DNA of 64,000 bases from Dudresnaya verticillata (lineage: Eukaryota): the NCBI GenBank assembly GCA_977862235.1, contig OZ374561.1:2108001-2172000 (forward strand), read 5' to 3'. The position numbers and the translations under genes are program-made. The notes under the pieces are model-generated. The model saw only the letters and a program-made list of their open reading frames with translations, had not been told where the DNA came from and ran no database searches. Below, piece after piece: positions 10,487 to 21,129 of this stretch. Each line of letters begins with the position of its first letter. Within the stretch, counting starts at the first letter, position 1.

Positions 10487-11171
10487 GATGCGTGCGGATG
10501 CGACAGGCACTAGCACTAGGAGTTGGGCGCGACGATGGGAGGGAGTGGGGTGCGTCGGGGCGGGAAGGGCGACGGCGGTTGCGATGTCAAAACGAGGCTT
10601 GATGTTCGTCGGAGCGCATTGGTTGCGCTGCTTGATGCGCGCGGCCGGCGTCATTTAGGTCTGTGGGCAATTTTTGGACCGCTAGGTCCGCAATTGATCT
10701 GGCCCTTTTCGGTCCGCTGTAATGAAGGACAGTTCACTCTGTAATTTCTATGAACAAGGACAGCTGTCTGTTCGATGTCCTTGGCCGTGATCCAGAATTG
10801 ATCCACGTGCTGAGCAGATGATTTATGTTTGAAATTCACTAGAAATGTGATCACGGTGTGAAGACGCTACTGCGATTTACTCTCTGTAAGACACGGCGCA
10901 TGTCCACTGCTGTCGGAGCGTCCGACACGCAGATGAGGCGTGGTCCCCGCCGCCACCACAGGTGGCTTCAGGAGGCTCTTACCGCCGTACGCTCCGTACT
11001 GTTCTGAGAATCGCCCGTTGCTATCATAGCCACGATGGCGCAGGTCATGGACCATGAACTACTGTACTGTACTTTTTCGGGTCACAGAAGGCAGACCCTC
11101 GTTTCCTATCGTAGCGCTTGCTCACGTAGCAGCTCAGCAGATAGAAGAGTTTTGAACCAGAACACCTTTTC

Positions 11172-13289
11172 ATGACCACAAGGCAAGACGATGCTGCGGA
11201 GGTACTTTCATTCGCTCGCGCCCTGCTGCGAGCATTCCACGAAGCAGAGCGCTTTGCAGAAGAACAAGGCGGCATAAGCCCCGACCGCCTCACGGTATCA
11301 CATACCATTTTTCGGAGCTTCTACTCTGCTACCCGTACCCCAACCTCTCTTCTAACTTCTGCCAAGTCCCACAAACAACTACAAGGACTGTTCAACCGCT
11401 GCATCCGCCAGTCAGTTGATGACATTTGCGAAGCTCTCCAGCCTGCCTCCAAGGGTTCAGCAAATCGAGCACGTCGCATCCAAACAGCCCTGTCTCTGTC
11501 TGACGCTGACGTCAAGTTGATACTGACCCCAACAACACCTGCCCTCGTTTCTATCCTCGATGATATCGCAAACTCATTCCGGGAACAGCACGGCTCTCTT
11601 GGTCGCTCACCAAGTAATCAAGGCTGGGTTTCAGACTGGAATCCCGATTGGCGCACCCAGAATCTTGTCTGGAGCCTCTTGAAGAAGCTAGGCACCACTT
11701 CACCACCATCAGGTCCGTTAACATCTTCTTTTCAGGGCTTAAAGGAATCTGCTTTTGCCTGTCTATTCAAAGGTGACTACCTGGCCCACATAAGGCGGAA
11801 ATGCACATTCAAGCACAGCCTACTGCGGTACATTCCAACACCTGGAAAGTGGGATGCTGACATGACGTGGATTGGAACTGCGGCATTCATCAGTTTGCCT
11901 ACGGCGAGCCTGGTACACTCGTGGCGGGATGGCAATCGCCTTGCAGCATTCTGGAGCACGTTTGTATCACTCTTTGTGGGTGTATCGGCAGCACTGCTAA
12001 TCCTGTTCGCGTCGTATCGGTCCAGCTACAGCAATTCTCTGCTTGACAAGGCAGCACGCGGGACACCACACGAGCGAGAGAGAGGTGAAGGGCTCTTCTC
12101 CGTTGTTTCAATGCTTCCAAGTGTAGCGGTTAGTCCTACACGTAGGTCTAGCATTGGCAGCAGTCCGTCGCGTGTGGCTAGTGTTACAAGAGATACCCAA
12201 AGCACAGTGACTGTGCAGACTACGGCGGATATCACCGATACGGACAACGATACAACGGCGGGGCAGACAGTAGCGCTTACCGAAAGCAAATCGGATGGTC
12301 GTACAGCAAGTGTTCTGCGGCTGTACCAAGCGTCTATGCTTGTTGAGCGAATATATGGCTCGACGTACATGGATGAGAGCTGGATGCTTGGAATGACAGA
12401 ACAGCAGCTGTACGATGCAGTGCTACTTGTACTTCAAACGGCAGGGGCGCTCGGGGTAAGTAAATATGGGTCACATTCAAGGTTCCTTGCAGTCCTCTTT
12501 GCTTACTCGTTGTGCGACAAGAGTACAGTTGATTAACGCGTTGTGGTGGTCCTCCCTGCTTGCGGAATGCACTAGCGGCAAACGGCTGCGTTCTCGTTTA
12601 CAAGCCTTGCAATCGCGACAAGAGGGGTACCGGACCCTGAAAAGATCGGAGCCAGACCAATAAGCGCCGCAGTGCAAGGCGTGCAAGTATCGTTTGCAAC
12701 ATTCAGGTGCGTTGCTTGCCATAACCAAAAAGTGCTGGGGGTCTCACTCGCTGTCTCACCACGTGCTACACGGCATGAAGCTGACCAACCCGAATTGACG
12801 ACTGTTTCCGACACAACAACCAGCTTCCTTGGAGCGCTAGCGTTCTCCTGCGGCATGATGAGTGCGATGATATCGGACCTAATTCTTCGGCAGATGGCGT
12901 TCACGCAGGTGAAGCACGAGGGGACGATGCACGCGTTTGTGGAGAAGTTTGCGTTCTTCATACGAGCGACCGGTGGGCTGAACAGCTGTGCGGCGATGAG
13001 TCTGTTTACTGGGGTGATGGTGTTTCTCCTAAGCATTTTCCAAGTGCACCCCATCGCGGTAATCCCATTCGGTGCTGCGTGGCTCGTCCTCGGGACGTTG
13101 CTGATCGAGTCGTTCTTTACCAAGTTCCACTTTTGGAACATGGCGGAGATCATCCATGATGCTAGTAGCTTCATTGACGACCCAGATATTACTAGCCCTT
13201 CTCCTGTGGCTGGTACTATTCAGCATGCTGTTCGATTCGGGCGAAGGATGATATCACGATTGAAACGAAAGCAGTCGCGGCCGAAGTGA
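11172..13289 (+). CDS. Spliced multi-pass membrane protein of unknown function
   Basis: Two co-oriented ORFs with TM segments. Candidate introns 12456..12575 (GTAAGT..CTAG) and 12707..12823 (GTGCGT..GCTGAC..CCAG) join them in frame. Exon structure is uncertain. Confidence 0.6.
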
Positions 13290-13473
13290 AAGCGCAGGCT
13301 GAGAAGCTCTGGAGAGGTTTGGACCCGAACAGAGACACGAGACTTTATTTCTCGAGCGAAGAGATTTGTGAGCTGTTGTAGCTTGGGACCCACAATAAGA
13401 CGAGTGAAGCAAAAGCCGCGCCGTGCTGAAGCGCAACGTCAGAGACGCAAGGTATCGAAACAGCACTATAGAT

Positions 13474-14274
13474 TTAATACTGCCAAAACGGCTTAGTCTC
13501 GTCCTCCCGTCGGGCCTCTGCGACCAAGCCATTGATCTCCTTCGAGTACAGCTCCTCGTACTTTGCGCGACCCTTCTTGCACGCCGGGTCACTCCTCCGG
13601 ACTGATTTCTGCACGGCATCCACCCTCATGGCTCTAGCAACGTCTCGAAACGCGAGGGCGTCGCGCTCCCTCCGGTGGCGACCGGGGCTATGCCTGCCTG
13701 GGCTGACCGGACGCGAGGACGCATTCGCGGCCATAGACGAGACCTTGAACATGGAGATGAACGGGGAGAAATCGCCGGCATCCCGGCGCAGCTTTCGCAC
13801 CGAGTCCTCCAACTCGCCGCGGTAGCGGTACATGTCGGTGGAGCTGGACGAGTCCGCCTTTGCATGCGACAGCACGGAGACGTAAAGCACGCCCAGCTCG
13901 AACATCTTGCGCACAAAGCGCTTGGGCGCGTCGACGTTGAGCGTGCGGAAGCGGGTGCGGCCGATGGCGTCGTACGCGTGCTTGTCGGTGGACAGGCAGC
14001 AGAAGGCCAGGTCGGCCTCGTCGATGCGGGCCAGAGCGCGGTGCAGGTTGTCGATTGAGAGCAGGTGCACGCGGACCTTGCTCATCAGCGACGTGGGCAG
14101 GCGGTTGAGCGACGGGATATCGACCGACGTTATCGCGTGCACCTTGTCGATTTCTGGCGAGTGGATTAGCTCGCGCAACAGGTACTGTCCCAGGTCTGTG
14201 TCCGCGCCGCACAGCACCACGATCTTTGGGAAGGCGCGCGGCAGGAAGTTGGGCTCGTAGTCGAGCAACGACAT
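13474..14274 (-). CDS. TIP30/HTATIP2-like atypical SDR (Rossmann fold), degenerate
   Basis: KIVVLCGADTDLGQYLLREL...KVHAI, DLAFCCLST and ADSSS...YRGELE follow the TIP30/CC3 layout. Confidence 0.7.
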   Translation of the reverse strand: MSLLDYEPNFLPRAFPKIVVLCGADTDLGQYLLRELIHSPEIDKVHAITSVDIPSLNRLPTSLMSKVRVHLLSIDNLHRALARIDEADLAFCCLSTDKHAYDAIGRTRFRTLNVDAPKRFVRKMFELGVLYVSVLSHAKADSSSSTDMYRYRGELEDSVRKLRRDAGDFSPFISMFKVSSMAANASSRPVSPGRHSPGRHRRERDALAFRDVARAMRVDAVQKSVRRSDPACKKGRAKYEELYSKEINGLVAEARREDETKPFWQY

Positions 14275-14664
14275 TCTTGCAGTTGGCAGGAGCGGTTGGT
14301 GCGGGAGACGCGGGTGCGATAGGATGGGGTAGAGCGGCGCAGGGGTGGAGGGCTGGTTTTGGGACAGGAGTAATCACGGGAGTATGGTAACTCTGCTCGC
14401 TGAAGCGGGGGACGGACATACGTTCCGTACGTGTTTGCGAGAGTTGAGAGCACAATAAGCGGTGTGCATACTTTGCACAGCGTGAGCCGAGCCGAGCCGA
14501 GCCGAGCTCTGTGGCCGCGGAAACGTGGTGAGATGGCGGCGCGAAAGACACAGACGAATCCTGCAAGGTCCACGTGTGTATCTGCAGTCCGCGTCCAGCT
14601 ACGAACCGAACGTTCGACCTGAGGAAGCCCAAGACCAAAAAAAGAAAAAAATTATTGAGACCAC

Positions 14665-14746
14665 CGATGATACCAGGATTCGAACCTGGGCCCCCGAAGG
14701 GATGTGATTTCTAGTCACACGCATTAGACCGCTCTGCCATATCATC
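14665..14746 (-). tRNA. tRNA-Ser (AGA)
   Basis: Reverse complement: GATGATA TG GCAGAGCGGTCTAATGC G TGTGA CT AGA AA TCACA TCCCTTCGGGGGC CCAGG TTCGAAT CCTGG TATCATC G. It has a long variable arm, G73 and a downstream oligo-T. Confidence 0.96.
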
Positions 14747-15236
14747 CTACTGCAGCTACTAGAATATCATCTATTTTTCTTTAGAAATAGATGAATACAT
14801 CGTAAACCCGGTACTGTAAGCCCGAGAGCTTCGTCTCCAATGCATTACAGCTGCACATGCACCAACGGAGCGGCCAACCTCCCCCGCGATGCGCCGTGAT
14901 GCAACGATGCCCAACAGAACAACAGAATTCCCTAACCCCTGTGTGCGAAGCGAATTCCCCAATTCGCACCTTCACAACCCGAATCTTCTGCCGCCAGCGC
15001 CACTGCGACGCGGTCCGTCGCGGCCCACATGGCCGTCGAGCCCGACCCGCGAACGAGATCCCCGCCGTCATGGCCCGACGTGCCAATCCCGCGCCGCCCG
15101 CACAAATCCCTTTCGCTTCATCGCCGCCCTCTCTTCGCGCCGCCATGCACATCGCCCATCAACCGCGCCGCGCCCCCTTCTGCCACCCCTTCCCTCCGCA
15201 CGCGCCGCGCCCCTCCGCTCGCCGCCCAACCCCACC

Positions 15237-17117
15237 ATGACCGCCGCGGCACCCACCCTGCACCCGCCGCCACGCCCCGCCAAGCCGCCGCGTGCCCCGC
15301 GCTCGTACACCCCGATGGCCGACGACGACGACTCCGCCACCACCTTCGACACGTCGTTCGGCACGTCGCCGTCCGCCGCCCTCGCGCCCCCGCCACGCCG
15401 CCCGCGCCAGCCCGCCTCGCCCGTCGAACCGGCCGGCCTCAACCGGATGTTATCCGCGGTCGCGTCCGATGCGCAGGCACGAGCCCGCCGCATGGGCACC
15501 ATGCCCACCCGTCCCACCCGCACGCCCGCCCACATGCACCGCTTCGCCGCGCGCGCCATGTCGGACCAGCACCCGCCGGAGAGCCCCGACGCCTCCGTGC
15601 GCCGTCTGCTCTCGCTGTCGAAGCCGGACTTGGCCGAAACTTCACTGCCTTCCAACCCTGGAATGCTGCGCCGCATGATGTCGCGCACCCGCCCCTCGGA
15701 ACCTGGAGAGGACCCCGGAAATATCCCCACCGTGCGCCGCTTCGTCTCGCGCCCGAAGGTCGCCGACGCTGCTGGAAGCGTCCTGCGCCGCGTAGTGTCG
15801 CGCGTCAAGGTCTCGGATGCCATGTCGACCGATCCGAGCGACGCTACGCTGCGTGCTGCCCCGACCCAGCGCCTCGCTTCCATGGCTGATGCCGCTTCTT
15901 CTACGCTGCGCCGAATGCTGTCGCGCGCAGATCCACCCAACAAGGAGGACACATCCGACCGCCGCGCCTCGGTTAGCTCGAGCGGGTCTGCCAAATTGCG
16001 CCGCGCCCTATCCCGCCCTGAGCCGGCTTCGTCCTTACCAGAAAGGGACGATGCGCTTGGTCCGTATGAGTCAGCAGACGCTGGTCGACGACGATACTCT
16101 CGCCTTACGTCTCCGGAGAAGGCACAACAGAATGGGCAGTCGGTGGTGTATTTGCGGCAACTGGAGCTCATGGAGCACCCTGTGATTTCTCTGCTTCTAT
16201 GCGGGTATTCTGGGCGCACTGCGCAGCTCATGGCGCGCTGGCGGCTGCGGCGCGCCACTACGCCGCGCGTATCGTGCGTGGTTGAGGCGTCCCCTGCGCC
16301 CGGGCGTGCATTCCGTGTAATCAGCGCGAACGTGCCTCTGAACGAAGTCATCTCTGTCGGATGTTCCGCGCTGTGCTTACACACGATGAAGATCCGGGTC
16401 ACTGTGCGGCAGGCGGTAGCCACGCGGGACAGAGGTGTGGTGCTGGAGACGACGCCTAACGGGGTGCGAGCCGTGCCGCATGGTGCGCGGCTGGAGGATA
16501 TTGGCGTGGCAACGTTCAATGCTGTGGAACTTTTCGATCCGCGGCTTCTGAACGGGCAGGCTGGGGGCGGCGGGCCGTTTTTGAGCAAGGTGTTCGGAGG
16601 TGCGGATGGGAACGGGTCAGAAGTTGGGTTTCTTACTATGCGGGGAGTGGTGGAGGCGAGGGAGGTGGTGCCCGGGAAGGACTTTGGATGTATGGTGCAC
16701 TGCGTGAACAAGGCGTCAGTGCAGCGCGAGGTGAAGGGCTCTTGTTTGAGAGTATCCAGAAGGTGCCGGGATCGGCACGAGTTTCCTGTCGGAGAATGCA
16801 AGGCAGAGAGGGGCGGTTCCGCGTTTTATCCACTCAAGATTACAGGGCAGTTGCTTTGGTTCGGGATTGATGAGGACGTGGCGGACTCGGTTTCGCTCCG
16901 GATGGAGTTTGTCGGGGCGGCGAAGCTGTTTGGGAATGAGGAGCACGTGATGGGACGGATCGAGCTTGGCGTGAATGAGCTTCTTCAGGCACGCAACGAG
17001 ACACTGAAGGTGTTGTGGCAGAACGGCCCTGGAGAAGTGGAGATGACTCGGTTGGTGTTTGTGACGACTTCGCTGCGACAGGACATGCTACATGTGAGAC
17101 TGGAGCTAACTCGGTAG
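15237..17117 (+). CDS. Protein with N-terminal RRxxS repeats and probable degenerate copine-like C2 region
   Basis: ATG at 15237 in ACCATG context. Repeated (L/V)RR(M/L/F/V/A)xS motifs. The C-terminus LKITGQLLWFG...LRMEFVG...EEHVMGRIELGVNELL resembles the end of a C2 domain. Confidence 0.6.
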   Translation: MTAAAPTLHPPPRPAKPPRAPRSYTPMADDDDSATTFDTSFGTSPSAALAPPPRRPRQPASPVEPAGLNRMLSAVASDAQARARRMGTMPTRPTRTPAHMHRFAARAMSDQHPPESPDASVRRLLSLSKPDLAETSLPSNPGMLRRMMSRTRPSEPGEDPGNIPTVRRFVSRPKVADAAGSVLRRVVSRVKVSDAMSTDPSDATLRAAPTQRLASMADAASSTLRRMLSRADPPNKEDTSDRRASVSSSGSAKLRRALSRPEPASSLPERDDALGPYESADAGRRRYSRLTSPEKAQQNGQSVVYLRQLELMEHPVISLLLCGYSGRTAQLMARWRLRRATTPRVSCVVEASPAPGRAFRVISANVPLNEVISVGCSALCLHTMKIRVTVRQAVATRDRGVVLETTPNGVRAVPHGARLEDIGVATFNAVELFDPRLLNGQAGGGGPFLSKVFGGADGNGSEVGFLTMRGVVEAREVVPGKDFGCMVHCVNKASVQREVKGSCLRVSRRCRDRHEFPVGECKAERGGSAFYPLKITGQLLWFGIDEDVADSVSLRMEFVGAAKLFGNEEHVMGRIELGVNELLQARNETLKVLWQNGPGEVEMTRLVFVTTSLRQDMLHVRLELTR

Positions 17118-17640
17118 GTAGCGGGCGAGATCGGATCCCGCGACGACCGAGAACGGTTTTGGTCGGCGTGGCGTGGTGAGCACGGGCCAACCGCTGAGAG
17201 ATATTTTGGCGCGTTCCAATGTGGGAATGTGGCGGCGGCGGTTTGTCGCGCGGATGCATTGGACGTTTGCATGCCATCGCGTTGATTGGGCCTGGCTGAC
17301 AATTAAACCACCGCAACCAATCAGCACCCTCTTCCTGCGCCAAGTGTCCACAGCGCAACACGCCCCATTCGCCAATTGCGCCGCCTCGTTCCGCCTCGCT
17401 GCTTTTTGAGCCGCACGCGCCCCTTCCACGCGCATCTCCCACATGCAGATAGAGACCCGCGGCACCGACATTCGTGCTGCAAAATTTTGCACCGCCTTCG
17501 AGATCACCTCCCCGCCCGCCCCGCCCCCCTCCCCGACGCAACCCGCATCGCCCGCACACCCCCCCCGTGATGCACCGGCCCCACTCCGCCCTCCCCCGCC
17601 GTGTCTCCTAACTCACGTCGCCCCCGGCCCCCTGCGCACC

Positions 17641-18819
17641 ATGGGCTCGCTGTCCACGCCGCGCGCGCCGGGCCTTGTGCGCAACATCTCGCTCCCGGCT
17701 CTCTCCTACGCCGCAGTCCCAGGCTCGCCGCGCCTGCCGCTGCGCCCGGTCCCGCGCGTCTCGTCCTTTTCGCGCATGTTCAAGCCGCCGCCGTACCGCC
17801 CGCTCATGCCGGAGCCGCCGTCCGACGACGACGCCGACGGCCTCGTCCCGCAGCTCTCGCGCCACGACGACCCGCTCAACTCGCAGCGCCACAGCGCCCC
17901 GGACCTGGCCCCTCATCTGCCGCCCGCCCCGCCAGAAGCCTCCTCCGAGGGCGACGAGGGCGGCTCGCTCCGCACCCGCCACCCGTCCCGCGACAGGACC
18001 CACCCCGCGCACACGCACCACTCGCACTCCGCCAGCACGCAGCGCGCGCGCGCCGCGCGCGCGCCGCCCGTCGTGTGCGCGGCGCGCGGCCGCGGCGCGG
18101 ACGGCTCCGCGCTGGGCCGCGTGCGCGGCGCCATAGCCGCGGCCATCCGGTGCCTGGACGTGTTTGTGCCGCCGCGCGTCGCCGCGCGCTCCGCGGAGGC
18201 CGAGCTGCGCTTCCTGTTCCTGGCGGCGACCAGCGTGCTGCTAGCGCCGCTCGCGGCGGCCGCGGCAGTGCTGCTGGGGTCGGACGGCGCGGCGGCGCGC
18301 GCGGGCGCGGCCGCGGCGGTGGTGCTGGCGCCCGGGGTGGCGCGGGCGACGCGGTCCGTGCTGGGCGGGACGGGGCTGCTGCTGGGCGGCGTGGTGGGGC
18401 TGGTGGGCGCGGTGGGGCGCGAGGTGTCGCCCGTGGCGCTTGTGTGGGCGAGCGTGGTGCCGGTGGTGGCGTTTGCGACGCTGGGCAACCGGGCGGGGGT
18501 GGCGTCGTCGGCGGCGACGGCGGCCGGGATCTATGGGGCGGACTTTGAGGGCGTGGCGGCGGGGCACGGGCGCGTGCACGCGGTGGTGATTGCGGTGTGG
18601 GTGCTGTTTCTCGGGTGCGTCGGAGTGGCGCAGACGCAGATCAGGGAGGTTGTGGCGAGGCGGTGCGCGGGCGAGGGCGCGTGGGAGGAGGACTCGAGCG
18701 TGGCGAGTTGGGAGGAGGGGGATGTTGGTGCGGGGGGAATGGGGGAGTTTGGGTTTGGGGGGGATGCGGAGGTGCCGGATGCGCTGGAGGAGCTGCGAAG
18801 CGGGTCGAGAGCGTATTGA
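17641..18819 (+). CDS. Membrane protein of unknown function (disordered N-terminus, about 5 TM segments)
   Basis: ACCATGG start, strongly GC3-biased codons, and several hydrophobic segments in the C-terminal half. Confidence 0.7.
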   Translation: MGSLSTPRAPGLVRNISLPALSYAAVPGSPRLPLRPVPRVSSFSRMFKPPPYRPLMPEPPSDDDADGLVPQLSRHDDPLNSQRHSAPDLAPHLPPAPPEASSEGDEGGSLRTRHPSRDRTHPAHTHHSHSASTQRARAARAPPVVCAARGRGADGSALGRVRGAIAAAIRCLDVFVPPRVAARSAEAELRFLFLAATSVLLAPLAAAAAVLLGSDGAAARAGAAAAVVLAPGVARATRSVLGGTGLLLGGVVGLVGAVGREVSPVALVWASVVPVVAFATLGNRAGVASSAATAAGIYGADFEGVAAGHGRVHAVVIAVWVLFLGCVGVAQTQIREVVARRCAGEGAWEEDSSVASWEEGDVGAGGMGEFGFGGDAEVPDALEELRSGSRAY

Positions 18820-18948
18820 GACGGAGGGGCGGTACGGCGGGTGGTGGATGGAGACTTTTGGGTGTAGATATATGCATGGACGGGTGGGTGGGCTGCGCGT
18901 TGGGGCTTGAGGCTCAAGAGCGCGGCGAGGTTTTTGTAGCAGTACTTG

Positions 18949-18951
<3 letters not shown>

Positions 18952-18980
<29 letters not shown>
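18952..18980. repeat. (GA)n microsatellite, about 14 units
   Basis: Seen directly in the sequence. Confidence 0.95.
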
Positions 18981-18982
<2 letters not shown>

Positions 18983-19268
18983 TTGCCTGGAACGAGGAAG
19001 GTTTTGAGATGAGCAGATGAAGTGGTGGACATGTTTAGTGTTTTCAAGCGGCGCGTGCGCGCGGCGCGAGGCGAGGTTGACTATGTACACACGACGGGGG
19101 TGCAGCTGAGCGGGGCGGCCACTCGCGCACCTGTTGTGGCGCAACTGGCTATGTACATCAAGAGAGCGCCAGCAGCGGGGCAACGCGGCCCAACGGCAGC
19201 ATACGTCCAGCGGCGCGGCGCCGCGGCGCCAGTCTGTTCAAAGGCCAGGCGCCCCGGCCGGCCGCGCG

Positions 19269-19505
19269 TCACATGTGGTAGTACGGCGCGGCCTGCGGCG
19301 TGAGCGCCGGCACGCGGAAGAACGGCGCCGACGACTGCGCGGGCTTTTTCTTCTTCTTGGCGTCCCTGCGCTTCTTCTCCTTCTTGCGCCCCGCGGCCGG
19401 CGCGGCCGGCGCGGCCGCGGCCGCGCCGGACGGCGCGGCCGCGGCCGCCGGCGCCGCGCCGCGCGCGCCCGGCTTGGCCTTGGCGAACAGCGTGCTCTTG
19501 GTCAT
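19269..19505 (-). CDS. Small basic protein (78 aa), unknown function
   Basis: GCCATG start, AAG/GCC-rich codon usage typical of real genes here, and a Lys-rich NLS-like stretch RKKEKKRRDAKKKKKP. Confidence 0.55.
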   Translation of the reverse strand: MTKSTLFAKAKPGARGAAPAAAAAPSGAAAAAPAAPAAGRKKEKKRRDAKKKKKPAQSSAPFFRVPALTPQAAPYYHM

Positions 19506-21129
19506 GGCGGCGGCGGCGCGCGCGAGTCGGGCGAGGCGGGTGCGGGTGCGGGCGCGGGCGCGGGCGCGGGCGCGGGGCTGGGGCTGGGGCTGGGGCCGGG
19601 GCGGAGCGCGAGGGCCGCGCGCGCCGCGCGCGCGTCGTTATACGGCGGCGCGGGCCGCCGCGCGCGGCTCGGCGCGCGCGGCCGCGAACACGCTGGCCGT
19701 CGCGGGCGCGGCGCGCGACGCGCGCTGCCTGCCTTGCTGGGGCGGCGGGTTCGCGTGTTCTTCGGCGCGGCGGCGCGCGCGCGCGCGGTGGGGCGGGCGC
19801 GGGGCGGGCCGCGCGAGATTTGACGCGCGCGATGGAAACTCCGCGCCCAATGCGGCGCGCGCGCGCTGGGCGGGTGCGGCGCGCGGGTTTTCTTTTCGAC
19901 GGCGTGGCAGGCTGCGCGCCCCGATTCGGCGCGCGCGCAGATCGGGCCGCGGGCCTTGCGCGGCACGGCTCCGCGTTGCATTAATGAGCGCACTGCTGTT
20001 ATAGACTGCATCTCTCCGCAGCGTGGCTCCGTGCACGTACGTGCGTGCCGTGCGCTAGTGTTACTCACGCCGCCGTGGCTGCCGCGGCTGAGGCGGTTCA
20101 GGTGAGGTTCCATCCGCGTCGCGCCAATTCGCGCGCAGATGTACACGTACACCATGTTACAGCTGCATCGCGCCGCCGCGGCAACAAGCGGCGCAACACG
20201 CCATGCGTGGCACCCCGCCTCCATGAGCAGTACCCCGCGCCTGCGCGGCGTGGCGTGGCTCGCGACGGCAGCAACAAGCTGGCGCCAGCACGCGCAGCGC
20301 CGCAAATCCACGTGTGCCGTTCGCGAGATCTGCCGGCGGCGCGTTCCACCGAACGCGCCTGCGCCGCGCGCGCAGCAAAGTCGCGCTGCGTCTCCGCGGC
20401 TGTCCGCCCGCCCGCGGCGCGCAACCGGGTTGTTGCCAACCCTATGTGGCCGCGCGCGCGCCTCGCGCGACGGCGCCGCCAGCCACCGCGTGAATTGGCC
20501 GCCAGCCGCAGCTCGTTCGCCGCGCGCGCTCGGCGCCACTGCCGCCGCTGCTGGGCACATCGCCACGCGGCGCGCCGCGCGCGCGCACGGCGCGCTACGA
20601 CGCCGCTATTGCTGCCGCGCCACCGCGCCAGCGCCGCCTCGCGGGCGGCGGCACCGCAGCAGCGAGCCGGCAAGTCGCACAGGCCAGCAGCAGCGCAGCT
20701 AACATTACTGGATAACTGCGCAGGGGGCAACAGCGTGGCGGCAGTAATAACGGCCGCGGCTGCTTTCCGAGCTGCAGAAACGCCGTGCGCTCCGCGGCGC
20801 AGCCGCATAACATTACAGTACATGTAGATACGGTAACAACAGCCGCGACCCGCTAATCACACACAGCCTGCGCGCTCGCTGCGCAGCTTGGACAAAACTT
20901 TCTCCGCGCACACCCGCCCGTGGTGCGTCGGTGTCGAGGACAGTCGATTGCCGCCGGGCTCGCTGCGCCACCGCTGTTCGCGCATTGCCTCGATGCTGTG
21001 TATGGTACAATGTATCTAATGCATCTACGCCGCCTTTTGTCGAGTCGACCGACTTTATAAAAAGTCGCCGAGCTCTACATTTGGCAATTTGGCGGCTTGC
21101 CATTTCCGCGCGAGCACGCCTTGCCCTGA

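Noticed and set aside
9918..10658. Long antisense ORFs over real genes (RPS7, folD, carrier, 15068..16801 and others)
   Set aside because: These are shadow ORFs caused by GC3 codon bias and contain no independent motifs.
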